DNA from: the human T2T-CHM13v2.0 reference genome, Homo sapiens
DNA: 64,000 nucleotides
NCBI RefSeq assembly: GCF_009914755.1
Contig: NC_060947.1
Reading direction: 5' to 3' (one strand)
Below, piece after piece: positions 1-13,415 of the stretch. The notes under the pieces are model-generated. The model saw only the letters and a program-made list of their open reading frames with translations. It was not told where the DNA came from and ran no database searches. A program made the translations under genes and the position numbers. Position 1 is the first letter of the stretch, and the number at the start of each line of letters is the position of its first letter.

Positions 1-2024
1 GGTGCATCCAAATGTTCTCACCAGATGCTGCCACCACCTTGATCTTAGACTAACCGGCCCCCAGAAATCTGAGAAAAAAAAATCTGTTCATTATAGATTA
101 CCCAGTCTGTGATATTCTGTTACAGTGACACAGAAGAGACTAAGACTTAAAATTGGCACCAGAGAAATGCGGTATTGCTATAACAAACACCTAAAAATGT
201 GTAAGTGGCTTTGGAACTGGGTAATAGAGGCTAGAACAGTTTTGAAGTGAATGCTGGAAAAACTTGTATTGCCATGAAGAAAGTGTTGAGAGTGATTAAG
301 GTGAGCACTAGAAAAAGAGTAGATCTGTAGGGAAAGTCTGAAACTCCTTAGGAATTACTTAAATGGTTGTGATAAGAATGCTGTAGAAATTTGTATGGCA
401 AAGGCAATTTTAATGAGGTCTCAGGAATGAATAGCAAGGTATTCGAAACTGGAGTAAAGGTTACCCTTGTTATAAAGTGGCAGACAAAATGATAAACTAG
501 GGTATCTGGCAGAGGAAATATGTAAGCAGCAAAGCCTTCAATGTGCTTGCTATGTGGCTTCTTGTAACTGCACATAGTAAGAGGTGAGGAGAAAGAAATG
601 ATTTAAAGACAACTTATAATTAAAAGAGAAATCGAACTTGGGGATTTAAAGGTTCTCAGCCTGGATGTGTGGTAGACAATAAAAGAACATTTTCAAAAAA
701 GGAAGCTAAGTGTTTGGCTAAGCAACTGTTTGATAGAAAGGTTATTATGAAGAGAATGAAGCCAGAGGCTATTTATCAGGACAATGGTAGAATAATCTGA
801 AGGGTATTTTGGAGATTACCAGTGCCACCCCTGCCATTACAAACCGAGAGTGCCAAGGCCAAGGGGAAGTAAATATGTCAAAAGAGAGGCCTCGGGCACA
901 CTCAGAACCTTGAAGCTTGCTGCCTAGGGGTGCCTGCAGTTTCTGCACCACACATTCTGGTCCAGTGTTCCTCAGTCACCCCAGGCATGGCCCAAGTGGG
1001 CCCAGGTGCCATTTGACGCACAAATCTGGAAAATAGAAGCTATAAATGTTGACAGTGTCCATATGGTGATAATTCTGTAGGCATGCGGAATGCAAGAGCG
1101 TTGAGAGCATGGCTTCCTGTATCTAACCTTCAACGGATTTTGCAAACTGCCTGGGAGCCCTGACAGAAACTTGTGGCAGGGTAGGAATCACCATGGAGTC
1201 CCTACGAGGGCAATGTCCAGTTAGACTGTGGAGGCAGAGCTAAGACTAGGAGTCCCCACTAGGCCTAGTGGAGCCATGTGGGTGCGACCACCCTTGAAAT
1301 TCCAGAACTGTAGAGCTACCAGCATGCAACACCAGCCTGGGATAGCTGTAGGCAAAAGACTCCAACTTGTTAGAGTTGCTGCATGGGCTGTGTCTTGCAA
1401 AGCCATGCAGGCAGAGCTGCCTGGAGCTTTGAGGGTCCAACCTGCACTTGTGTGTCTGGATGGTGGGATGTGGAGTCAATGACGATTATTCTTAAGCTTT
1501 AGGATTTAGTTTGCTTTCCCTGTTGGATTTGGGATTTACTTGGGAACAGTCACTCGGTTTTTCTTGCCTATTTCTCCCTTTTAGCATGGGAATGTCTATT
1601 CTATGCCCATCCCACCATTGTATTTTGCAAGTAGATAACTTGTTTTTATTTCACAGGCTCATGGCTGGAGGGAATTTGCCTCAAGGTGAATCATGTCTTG
1701 AGTCTCGCCCATGTCTGATTTAGATGAGACTGGACTTTGGACTTATGAGTTGCTGCTCAAATGAGTTAAGATTTTGGGGGCTACTGAGATGGAATAAATA
1801 TGTTTTGTATGTGAGAAGGACATAAGTTTTCGAGGGTTATGGGTGGCCTTCCGAAATAAAATTTAAATATTTGCCCCTTCCCAAACTCATGTTGAAATTG
1901 GATTGCCATTGCTACCGTATTAAAAAGATGAGACCATTTAGAGGTGATTAGGCCAGGAGGGCTACTCCCTCATGATTATATGCCATTATCATAGGAGTGG
2001 GTTTGTTATAAAAGGGCAAGTATG

Positions 2025-2119
<95 letters not shown>

Positions 2120-2326
2120 GTCTCTATCTCTATCTCTGCATTTATCTCTATCTCTCCCTTCCTCTTTCCAGTATGTGTGTACACAACATGAAAGCCTTCT
2201 TTACTAGATGGCAGGGACTTAAATTTGAACTTTCTAGCTGCCAGGTATGTGTGAAATAAATTTCTGTTCATTATAAATTAGTCAGTTGGTAGAGCTTTGT
2301 CAGAGCAGTACAAAATGGACTAAAAT
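1..2326 (+). mobile_element. MaLR provirus, MSTC/MSTD-like: end of 5' LTR (1-146), internal region (~147-1850), 3' LTR (~1850-2326)
   Basis: Two LTR ends with the MST terminus (tctgttcattata..tta..cagt...gactaa) at ~83-146 and ~2262-2326. The internal region starts aaattggcaccag...aaaaatgtgtaagtggctttggaactgggtaa and ends gtgagaaggacataagtttt, as in MST-int. Confidence 0.85.
2027..2117. repeat. Compound microsatellite (TC)n(TA)n inside the MST LTR
   Basis: Directly visible. It explains the SLSLSL/YIYIYI ORFs in the track. Confidence 0.98.
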
Positions 2327-2822
2327 ATTAAGCAAGTGTTTTCTTGCCCCTCTCTCTTTCCTATCTATTTGACCCAGAGAAGCACAGGGAGAGGTCGAAG
2401 GCTACTTAATCAACTCTCTACCAACTCACATACTGCTGGAGAGAAAATGCATTATCTACAAAGGGCAGTAAGGTCCAAGCAGCTGGCTAGATATGTAGGC
2501 AGGTAGAACTTCAAGGCAAAGCAATTCTAGAAGGCATTCTACCTAAGTGATTTGTTGGAACATTTTACCTACTCCACTAGGTATACACATAGACAGAACC
2601 TAAATCATTTCCCAACTGTCAAACCTTCTGCTAAGAACAACGCCCTTACTTTGATTTGCCCCACACCTCCCCGCAGAACTCTGCTGATATCCTGAGCACA
2701 TGGTTCTTACTATTTCTGAAAATTTATCTTTAAAAATTGTCTCAGTCCCTAAGATAAACATAGTATTTTTTTTTTTGCTAACCTATTTTTCTGGTACCAA
2801 ACTAGTAGCATAGACAGACGAT

Positions 2823-3100
2823 AAGCTGATCCTTGAACACATGTGATTGAACTGTGGGGGCCCACTTATATGTGAATTGTTTTCAATAACTACAGTCAGC
2901 TCTCTATGTCAGCGGGTTCAGCAGCCATAATCAAACACAGATTGCAAATACAGTATTTGCAGAATGCAAATGCATATTAATGCAAATGTATATGGAGAGC
3001 TAACTTTTTGTATTCATAGCTTCTGCAGAACTTGAGAATACACAGATTTTTGTTATGCGTAGGCAGTCCTGGAACCAATCCCCTGAGAAAACTGAGTAAA
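2823..3100 (-). mobile_element. TcMar-Tigger non-autonomous DNA transposon, MER2B/MER8-like
   Basis: Ends resemble the MER8/MER2 termini: gatccttgaacac...ttgaactg...cccacttata and gtcctggaaccaatcccc. Confidence 0.75.
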
Positions 3101-3128
3101 GGGTCATACATACATGTATATGTGTATA

Positions 3129-3130
<2 letters not shown>

Positions 3131-3159
<29 letters not shown>
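3131..3159. repeat. (TG)n microsatellite
   Basis: Directly visible. Confidence 0.97.
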
Positions 3160-3639
3160 TGTTTCTAATATAAATAGCTTTCTAGTTGATAATCTTTTCC
3201 TACAATAATACATACTCACTGAGAGTACTTATACAGCATTCCTAAATGAAAGTACAATGATCACAAATACTATACATAATAGTTGGGTCTTCAATGAGTA
3301 AGAATTTAAAACATGCTTTTTTCTGATGAAAGAAGATGAAGTTTAACGTATTTTCACTTGCCCTACTGTTAAACAGGTTAATACTCACTCTTCTATTCAT
3401 CTCAGATATTTTTCACTCACTTCTGTCTCTGCCATTCCATTCCTCCTACCTTCCCTAGACTCAGAGTGTAAGATTTTTGGTTCCTCAGTATAATTATAAT
3501 CTTATGAGAAAATGGGAGGAGAAAGCTGGGGCTACAGCTTTCTGTAATTCCTTGAAAGATTCCTCTAAACAAAACTTCAGAACTTGCTTTTGAGGCATGT
3601 TTTGAAAAGAATTATACTTCTAAATTAATAACTCCTTTG

Positions 3640-4085
3640 ATAATTACTTGTAATCCTCATTTTAAAAACTTTCATGTAAAATGTATTACCTCCATTGTAC
3701 AGATGAGTAGACTAAATAGTCAAAGAAATTACATAAGTCTATCTCATTTCAAAACCCGATTGTTTTCTTTCTTCCATACCTCCGTGCCTCTAATCACTTG
3801 CCCTTTCAAAGTACTTTACACTTCCCTCTTCTCAGAAGGCCAGCTGCCAGAAGCTCAGCTTACTGCCTCTGAGATTCCATAGAATGCCTTATATACCTCC
3901 TATCAGAGTTGTTACTACACTCTGTTTCATCATGCATTTATTACCTGACATTCTCTCTCATTCTACTGAACTCCTCAAAACCAGCAATCATGTCTTAGTC
4001 ATCTTTTTGTGTCTAGATTTCACATAATTTCCAACACATACTAGAAGATGTTTCAAAAATGCTTTTCTGAATAAATGAATAAATC
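3640..4085. mobile_element. Degenerate MIR fragment followed by an L2 3' fragment
   Basis: MIR core (ccattgtacagatgag...actaa) and an L2 terminus (tgaataaatgaat). Confidence 0.55.
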
Positions 4086-6059
4086 CTGGGGAATTTCAAG
4101 AGGAAGAATGAAACATTAAAGAAGCTAGATTCCCATTTATTTAGCCATTAATTGCAACACAACTAAGCAATTTGTTATTTAAATAAATGAGGACTATCAG
4201 AATGTAAATAGTTGGCACATGGTAGTATCCCACAGGAAAAAAAATCATATTACCAACCTCTCTTTTGTAGGTAAAGCAAGAAAATCATGAAAATGACCAT
4301 GGCAACAAGTACTATTAAATCGTGTCAAGAAAGGTAAGCTCTCAAGACTTTCCTTTGAACATTTTACCTTCTTGAGTGCTTCAAGAATATTGTTGCTGTG
4401 TTGGTTCAGTCCTATGTGTAGGTTAATTAAGCATTATCTAGAGGATATGACATGAAGAATGTCAGGAAAAACCTCCCCGAGTAAAAACGTTTCCCCCTTG
4501 TCCCTCATACTACATGGAATTAGGAATTTTCACAGTAATCATTACTTTAAGTTATGGCTCTGAAAGCCCAAGCCAAAATGCACACATGCCAAGTAGGAAA
4601 GTAAACATATAAAACTGCTGTTAGTCATTGACATTTAGACATCCATTAATTTCTCAGGAAATTTTCACCCAGTCATTCAGAGACAAGACCCAGGAAAATG
4701 GAGTTCTGATGGATATGGTTAAACTGAGGATACGTAAAATAAAAAAGAGATTTTGAAGTGGACACATCCAAAGGGACTCTATGAGTATTCTTAGAGAGGG
4801 TGGGTCAAAGGACAGAAAAGGAAAGCAGAAGAAAAAAAATAGTTCAACTGACTTTGCAACTTGAAAATATTACCAAGGACCATCCGTTGCATTTCATCAT
4901 GGATTGTGACTGTGACTATGAACACAACGGGTTACCCAAAGAAGAATAATTATATCTCTGTAGTGCATGAAGCTTGGTCTTTTTTAAAATAATATTTGCA
5001 ATAAAAACCATGTGGTTCTTAATAGAGTGGAGAATATGCAGAAAGCCTGAAAAGAACTAGAGCCTCTGCTCTCTTTTCCATTGAGAATGGGCTGCTACTT
5101 AGCGTGTCCATGCTAATTGCAGCCTCATATTTCACTGTACATGTTATTTCTTTAGAGTGACCTAAGATGTTAATCAAGCTTTGCTGTAGAATTTATGTTT
5201 AAACTCTCTACGCATCTTTTTAATGTGTCAACTGACATTTGTTATTATTTTGTTGTGAACTGGCTTTGAATATCTTATGAAATATTTATAGCAGCAAAGA
5301 ATGTGGGAATCATATGAACAAAGCATATATAAGTAGCAAAAGATTAATGACAATTACTGACAGGGCGAAATCAGTAATCAGGCTTCATTTTCCACTTGCT
5401 TATTTTTAAGTGTGCTTGATTTGTGGAAGGTGGATATGTCTTTCAATCTCAAGTTGCAGTCTGTTTGAAGACATTTGCTTACTGAATGGAAAGTTCAAAT
5501 AAAATCTGGATTTCATTAAAACTTTTGTAAATTAACTCTCCTTAACCAGAAAAACCTATAACATTTGCTTCCAAGAAATAATTTAATGTTTCCCTTCTGT
5601 GATTGACAGCAGATATTAAAATGAAAAATGAATCTCAGACGAGGAGCTTGCAAATGGGCCTGAAGGGGAGAAGAGGCAAAATGCAATGTGGGATATAATT
5701 AGGATTCCAGAACCAGAATATGGGCATTTTGCCTTGAAAATGCTGAATGTGACATGCATCCCAAGCCACCAGCAGGGCTATTAACTATTTCAAACCTCCA
5801 AAAGTATCTTGACACTCATGTAAGGCTACATGCCAGTGTGGAAGAATTGGAATTTGACCCTTATTCCTAATATGCCATGACCTGTGCTTTCTTATTATGC
5901 TTCAGCTCTTAGGTCATATGACTGCCATTTTCACCAAGGCGAGAACAGAAGCCCATAGGCAAAAATGAGCTAATCCCTCCCTTGTTCTTTTCTTATGTTT
6001 TAGAGCCTTCTATGAAAGCATCTAGAATACCTTTTTGTACTACTTTCCTAGCACCAAGT

Positions 6060-6290
6060 TTGTGTCATTTGGCACTGCTGTCATCTGCAAGTAACAGAAA
6101 CACAGAGTTTAGCTGCTTAAACAAAGAGGGGCTTATATCTCTTTATAAAACAAAAAGTCTGAAAATAGGTTATTGGTAGCACAGTGACTGACATTGGCTT
6201 AACAGTTCAGTGATGCCAAGAACACCGTTCCTGAAATTTTCTGGGTGTTTATTCCAGGGCCACAAGGTGATTGCTGCATGAGTTAATGTC
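6060..6290 (-). mobile_element. Old MLT1-family LTR fragment
   Basis: tgcaagtaacagaaac...gcttaaacaaag resembles the antisense end of old MLT1 LTRs. Confidence 0.5.
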
Positions 6291-7658
6291 CAGGTTCTCC
6301 AGAGGCCAAAACACTTCCTTGTTCCCTAGAGCTCAGTGTCACAATAGGGCACTGGGAACTATAATAAGTTGGAGAAAATTGTTACACAGGGTAATTCAAG
6401 AGTCATGAAGTCAAATGCCATCCTTTTGCAATTCTGCAAAGATTCAAGTTTGCTACTAAAGTAGTTACAGAATTAGAGATTTAAAGCCAGTGTAAGTACC
6501 TTGCTTTGCCTTTCAGGGTTATATTAAAATGCACAGTCTAAAAAATATTTTCATCTTGCCCTGGAGAGACATTAGAAGGCTGGAAGAAGGAGGACTATTT
6601 ACTTCCTGAAATTTATGTGATAAAAATAACACACTTTAACAGACAATCGGCCAAAGGCCTCTTTCAACTGCTAAGAGAGTGGGCTTGCAGTCTTTAAATA
6701 TACAGGTAAGGCAAAAAAGCTGAATTTCACAAATTTCTCCCATACTCATTCAGAGGGAATAGCTTGTCAAGTGTATTTAGTACACCTGGTGTAGTACTAA
6801 CTAAAAAACAGTTAAAACAATTAAGGTCCCATAGCAGAGAGCAGGAAGTGAATATAGGAATGGGATCTTGTCAATTAAAACACGCACACACACACGCACT
6901 CAAGAGATTACTTTGTCACCAAGGGGTAACAGTTACACAATGCAAATATATGATGGATGATGTCTAGGTTCAGTAATTAGGATCTAGAAAAACAGCACCT
7001 ATATCAATCAAATGCATTTATGTACTCTTGCTTTCTGTTGGGAAAAACAAAACAGTATCAATTGAAATAAAGCCAGTTGTCTATACTTCCTATATGTTTT
7101 TGTATATTAACAGGACATACTGGATATGCTGCTAGGTGCTGAAGATTCAGGCATGGAAGACAACACCTGCCTTCAGGTAGCTCACAGTCTAGTGGACTGG
7201 TGATCTTCCTCTTTCATTATTTTATCAGCTCTGACAAATGTGTCTATAACCCCTAGGTGCTTCTTGTCATTGAAATAGGCTTGAAAGTACAAGACATAAT
7301 TTGGTATTCTTGTCATTTTCAGGTACAGGGCAGTTCTCTTCCCAAGAGTGATCATCTAACTCAAACATTTATACTTGAATATGCCTTTTGTTGTTTAGCA
7401 AAGCTATTTATTTAAGACAGCCACAACATTTATTATTTTTGTCTGTAAGACAGCATGTTACTGCCTAGTTAAAAAAGAATGTAAAAGATCTCATCTAATT
7501 GTTCCTTCATTACCTTCAGAATGAAGTCCAAACTCCTCATCATGTCACCAAATGCCTTTCACAATGTGTTTTCAGTCTTACTTTACCAGATATTCTCACA
7601 AATACCTTATGCTCCAACCAAACTGAACTTATGTGAAACCCTGTAGTAACATGCCCTG

Positions 7659-8146
7659 TAGTAAAGTCAATTTGGATCTAACCAATTGTCAACTGGCTGA
7701 CATCTTCTGTGCCGGCTCAATGGCAAATGCAGTGATGTTAAAGCTCTTATCTTGGTCCAGAGTGGTAAGCAGCAAGATGTAGAGGAGCGAAGGGGTGAGT
7801 CAAGTTTGAGAATAAGCAAGCAATCCAAATTTGGGAAGCAGAGAGGTGTAGGCCACATCCCATGCTGCCAGCCTCATCCTATCTCCATAGATCTGGCTGG
7901 TGAAACATGAGCCAAGTGTTGGGATATTCTTGTAATTACTGTTTCAGTCCTGAAAGAATATTGCCAGTTACTAAGTGTTGTCAAACCACAATCTGGGCAA
8001 ATTTGAATTATTCAACCAGACACCTAACAGACTAGCTGAATAGGCCAGTTTTGGTTCTTCCATTAACCACTCAAAAATGTAACTCTCCATTGTACAAAAT
8101 TAGGTTTTTTAGGGACATCACTCATTGTATATTATGAACTTTACTG
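7659..8146. mobile_element. Tigger-like DNA transposon relic inserted in an L2
   Basis: Terminal inverted repeat (t/c)agtaaagt ... actttactg followed by TA. L2-like sequence lies on both sides. Subfamily not recognised. Confidence 0.5.
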
Positions 8147-8289
8147 TAATTCAATTTCCATGAATGAATACACCCAGGACTTTCTCATATCACTGCTTTT
8201 GTTCATACCATCTCCTGCTAATACTGCCCTTCTCTTTGTTAGAATCATTCTAGGCCAGTCTCAAATATCATTTTTGTGAAAATGTTCAT

Positions 8290-8478
8290 ACAGAAAATTG
8301 TGGGCATTGTGGCCATACAGTCTCTGTTATAACTACTCAACTCTGCTGTCATAGCATGAAAGCTAACATAGACAATACATAAATACATGAGCATGACTGT
8401 GATTCAAGTAAAACTTATTTATAAAACAAAGTAGTGGGCAAGATTTGGCCCTTGAAAACTATAGTTTCTTCACCCTAG
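8290..8478 (+). mobile_element. MER58A (hAT-Charlie) fragment
   Basis: ggccatacagtctctgttataactactcaactctgctgtcatagcatgaaagc...aaaacttatttataaaaca matches MER58A as recalled. Confidence 0.8.
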
Positions 8479-8589
8479 TCTTAGATGATTCCTTCTGTGA
8501 TGCTCTGGATAGAATTAATCTCTCCTTCTTCTGGGATGCATAGAACATTGCTTAGGCCTTTCTAACAATGTTAGATTCTGCCTTGTAGC

Positions 8590-10572
8590 TTTTTCTTAAT
8601 TTTTAATTTTTGTGGGTGTATAGTAGGTGTATATATTTATGCATTACATGAGAATTTTGATACAGGCATGCAATGTATAATAATCATATAAGGGCAAATG
8701 GAGTATCCATCTCCTCAAGTATTTATCCTTTGTGTTACAAACAATCCAATTATACTCTTCTAGTTATTTTTAAATGTACGAGTAAATTATTTTTGTCTAT
8801 AGTCACTCTGAAGTGCTAAAAAATAATAGGTCTTATTCTAACAATTTTTTTTACCTATTAAACATCCCCACTTCCACCCCACCATCCCCTTCTGAGCCTC
8901 TGGAAACCATCCTTCTACTCTCTACCTCCATGAGTTCAATTGTTTTTATTTTTAGATTCCACAAGTGATAACATGCAATGTTTGTCTTTATGTGCCCAGC
9001 TTCCTTCATTTAACATAATGATGTCTAGTTCCATCCATGTTATTGCAAATAAGATGTTCTCATTCTTTTTATGGCTGCAGAGTATTCTATTGTGTATATG
9101 TACTATGATATATTTATCTGTTCATATGTTGATGGACACTTAGGTTGCTTCCAAATCTTGGCTATAGTGAATAGTGCTGTAAGAAACATGAGAGTGCAGA
9201 CATCTCTTGATACAATGATTTCCTTTCTTTTGGGAATATAGCTACGAGTAGGATTGCTTGATCATATAGTAGCCTGTAGATCTATTTTTAGTTTTTTGAG
9301 GAAGCTCCAAACTCTTCTCTGTAGCGGTTGTATTAATTTACATTCCCACCAAAAATGTTCAACGGTTCCCCTTTCTCCACATCCCCATCAGCATTTGTTA
9401 TTGCCTGTCATTTGGATAAAAGCCATTTTAACTGGGGATGAGATGGTATCCCATTGTAATTTTGATTTGTGTTTCTCTGAGGATCAATAATGTTGAGCAT
9501 TTTTTCACATACCTGTTTACCATTTGTATGTCTTCTTTTCAGAAATGTCTATTCAGATATTTTGCCCATTTTTTAATTGTATTATTATTAATAGATTTTT
9601 TGCAATAGAGTTGTTTGAGCTTCTTATATATTCTGGTTATTAACTCTTTGTCAGATTGGTAGTTTTTAAATATGGTCTCCCATTCTGCAGGTGGTCTCTT
9701 AACTTTGTTGATTATCTCCTTTGCTGTGCAGAAGCTTTTTAAAATGATGCACTCTCATTTGTCTACATTTGCTTTGAAGCCTGTGCTTATATGGTATTAC
9801 TGAAGAAATATTTGCCCACTCCGATGTCTTGGAGTTTCCCACAATGATTTCTTTTAGTAGTTTTATAGTATTGGGTCTTAGACTTAAGCCTTTAATCCAT
9901 TTTGACTTGATTTTTGTATATGGTAAGAGAGAGAGGTCTAGTTTCATTCTTCTGCATATGGATAGCCAGTCTTCCCAGCACCATTTATTGAAGAGATTGT
10001 CCTTTCCCCAGTTTATGTTCTTGGCATCTTTGTCAAAAATGAGTTTACTGTAGCTGCATGAATTTATTTCTGGGTTCTCTCTTTTGTTCCATTGGTGTAT
10101 GTGTCTGTTTTTACACCAGTACCAAGCTGTTTTCATTACTATAGCTTTGTGGTATAATTTAAAGTGAGGCAATGCAGTAACTCCAGTTTTGTTCTTTTTA
10201 CTTAGGATAGCTTTGGCTATTCTGGGACTTTTGTGGTTTTATATAAATTCTAGGATTATTGTTTCTATTACTGTGAAGAATGGAATTGGTATTTTGATAG
10301 AGATTGCCTCTGTAGATTACTTTGGGTAGTATGGATATTTTAATAATATTGATTCTCCCAATCCATGAACATGGAATATCTTTTCATTTTTGCTTGTGTC
10401 CTTTTCAATTTCTTGCATTGATGCTTTATGATTGTCACTGTAGAGATCTTACACTTCTTTCGTTAATTTACTTTCTGGATATTCTATTTCATTTGTAGCT
10501 ATTGCAAAAGGGATTACTTCCCTGATTTCCTTCTCAGGTTGTTCACTGTTGGCATATAGAAATGTTGCTAAT
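8590..10572 (-). mobile_element. L1MA2/3-type LINE-1, 3' UTR and distal ORF2
   Basis: T-rich tail, then an L1MA 3' UTR. ORF 9699..10172(-) gives ORF2 motifs ([21 protein letters not shown]). Confidence 0.9.
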
Positions 10573-10574
10573 CT

Positions 10575-10795
10575 TTTTTATTTTTTAATTTTTGTGGGTA
10601 AATAGCAGGTGAACATCATAAATAATGTGGTATCCATCCCCTCAAGCATTTATACACTGAGTTGCAAACAATCCAATTACATACATTAAGTTATTTTAAA
10701 ATGTACAGTTAAGTCATTATTGACTATAGTCACCCTGCTGTGCTATCAAATAGTAGGTCTTGTTCACTTTTTATAACTATTTTTGTACCCTATAT
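10575..10795 (-). mobile_element. Second L1MA1/2-type 3' end, nested
   Basis: A new T-rich tail and a repeat of the 3' UTR seen at 8600 (tatccatcccctcaagcattta...acaatccaatta), with a short internal deletion. Confidence 0.85.
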
Positions 10796-10796
10796 T

Positions 10797-11501
10797 GCTC
10801 TTCAAAGTTCCACAGATATCTAGAGCAGGGGCAAAATGCCACCATCTCTTTGCTAAAGCATAGCAAGAGTGACCTTTACTCCAGTTCCCAATCAGTTCCT
10901 TATCTCCATCAGAGACCACCTCAGCCTGCACGTCATTGTCCATATCACTATCAGCATTTTGGTCACAACCACTCAACAAGTCTCTAAGAGGTTCCAAACA
11001 TCCCCTCATCTTCCTGTCTTCCTCTGAGCCCTCCAAAGCGTTCCAACCTCTGCCCATGTCCCAATTCCGATGTCGCTTCCACATTTTTAGTTACCTTTAT
11101 AAAGTACCCCACTACCCCAGTACCAATTTTCTGTATTAGTCCATTTTCATACTGCTTTAAAGAACTACCTGAAACTGGGTAATTTATGGGGAAAAAAAGA
11201 TTTAATTGACTAACAGTTCCACATGGCTTGAGAAGCCTCAGGAAACTTACAATCCTGGTGGAAGGTGAAGGGGAAGAAAGGCACATCTTACATAGTGGCA
11301 GAAGAGAGAGCGAGAGTGTGAAGGGAAAATGTCACACTTTTAAACCATCGGCTCTTGTGACAACTCACTCACTATCACAAGAACAGCATGGGAAAAACTG
11401 CCCCCATGATCCAAACACCTTCCACCAGGTCCCTCCCTTGACATGTGGGGATTACAATTACAGATTAGATTTGAGTGGGGACACAGAGCCAATTCATATC
11501 A
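10797..11501 (-). mobile_element. THE1D-like MaLR: complete 5' LTR (11132-11501) plus ~335 bp of truncated internal sequence
   Basis: tgtattagtccattttcatactgct ... gtggggacacagagccaattcatatca is the antisense THE1 LTR. The adjacent sequence reads aattggtac...aaaatgtggaagcgac on the minus strand, which is the THE1-int start. Confidence 0.9.
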
Positions 11502-12392
11502 CTGGGGATTGCTGCTAGTTATTCAGGGCCCAAGGGCTCTTTAGTCAGCAAGTGATGGATCCTGCCAGGACTGGATCCTTTCCTTCGAAGCAGCGAGTTC
11601 TCTTCTGACCCATGGTGTGTCTAGAAATGTCATCTGCAAGCTAGGACCTGGAATGGGAGCCTCCTGACTCTGACAGATGCCTTATCCTACTGTGGCTGAG
11701 CTGATATCTAACATGAAAGACTAAGTCCACTTTCCTCTCCTCTACTCAAGTGGAAGGAAGGGGTCTCCATGTAGTTGTGAGCTATGCTGCCTATGATTGG
11801 GAGAGAAATGGCACAAGTACTCCCTTAGCCACCCCAGCTGGTGTCTCAATAGGTTGCATGTCCCCAAGTCCACTGGCTCCAAGCCCAGCGCAGCACAAGG
11901 ACTTGCCTAGGAGCTGCAGTCCTTGTGGCCTATAATGCCTTTCAAGTTTAGTTAGAGCCCCAGAGCACTTTAGCTTGTGGTGGTGAGGGATGGGTGATTC
12001 TCCTCTGGTTAGTGCTGGTCTAAATAGTCCTTCGGTGGGTGTCACCTAGATTCAGCCCCAGTTTCCTTTCTGCTGTGAGGGACTAGCACTAAATTCAATG
12101 AAATGGCTCACAACTGCTGTGCTTTCCCTCTCCCATGCATGGATAGATTCTCTGTGCCATGTGGCCACTATCTGGGGGTGGGGGAGGGATAGCATCAGTG
12201 TTGCAAGACTGTTTCTCCTACTCTCTTCAGTGCCACTTTTAGCAAAGTGAAGTTAAACTAGATAGTCAGTGCTCACCTGATTTTTGGTTCTTCTTAAGGT
12301 GCTTTTTGTGTAAACAGTTGTTAAATTTGGTGTTCCTGCATGAGGGATGATTGTTAAAGGCTTCTATTTGGCCATCTTTCTCCATCCCTCCC
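11502..12392 (-). mobile_element. L1M1/L1MA-type 5' UTR
   Basis: Homologous to 49770-50480 in this window (ccccagctggtgtctca; agtgctcacctgatttttggttct). Ends in ggccatcttt...ccctccc, the antisense of an L1 start. Confidence 0.8.
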
Positions 12393-12581
12393 CTAGTAGG
12401 TTGTTTTTGTTTTGTTTTGCATGTTTACTCTCATCTGGATTAAAATTTCCTTTATTCATTTAAAGTGCTAAATATGCTATTGTTGAGTTGAATTTACCAA
12501 AGAAACAATAAAGAATACTCTTAGGTATATTTTATAATTTGCAATACATTTTTTAATCTGTCAATCCTGTGCATTAATGTT

Positions 12582-13030
12582 GTAGGCAACAGAGACTCCT
12601 AGTTTGCCTAATTTCTATTCTATTCTTGTTCATTAGCTATTTAACTACTGAGGTAGAAATGTGGTTCTCTGTAATAAAGACTATAATTTTCAGTCTCCCT
12701 TTAAGTTAGATGTGGCTATATGATCGTGTTTTGGCTATAGAAATATAAAACCAACTGTCATGTGCAATATCTGAAAAATGTCCTTAAAGAAAGCAGGTTT
12801 ACCCTTCTTATCCCATTGATTTGAACAGCCATGTTGGATCATGTGGTGAGAAGCTCACAGTAATACAGCAGAACAAGAGACATAGAAGGAGACCAAGTCT
12901 TTATGGTGGTGGAGCTGAGACATCCTTGAATTACTGTCTTCAGATTTCTTTAAACAGAAAATAAATTAATTCTATTTCATTTAAAACACTTTAATGTGGG
13001 TATTCACAGCTAAACCACTCCTCACTGGCA
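12582..13030 (+). mobile_element. MLT1J-like solo LTR
   Basis: aataaagactata...cagtctccct..agttagatgtggctatatga and the ending cacagctaaaccactcctcactggcata. Confidence 0.65.
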
Positions 13031-13415
13031 TAACTAACAGCTCTCTACTTAACAAAATTAAAGCTATGGCCCGACATTGAGTCACTTTCCAAGGTCAGAG
13101 GCATTCTTTGGCTGATCTCATTGATTGCATAATTCTTTACAATCATAGGACAGCAAGAGGAAGAAAATCTGTCACTTAGACACACCTCTTCCCCTTTGAT
13201 GTAGCTACACCCAGCATTGACATTGCTCTTCTCTTTTGTCTCTAGTTTTTCCCTAGTACAAACCTTGGCCTCAGTCGGTGCAGCTTGGCTCCAATTGAGC
13301 CATTGTTGACATGATCTTTCCTCTTGTTAGTCACAGTTTCTCTCTCACTAAGTAGTTCCACCAAATAAGCACAAAGCCTCAACTCGCTGTTTTCTCCATG
13401 CCTCTATTCCTTGAG

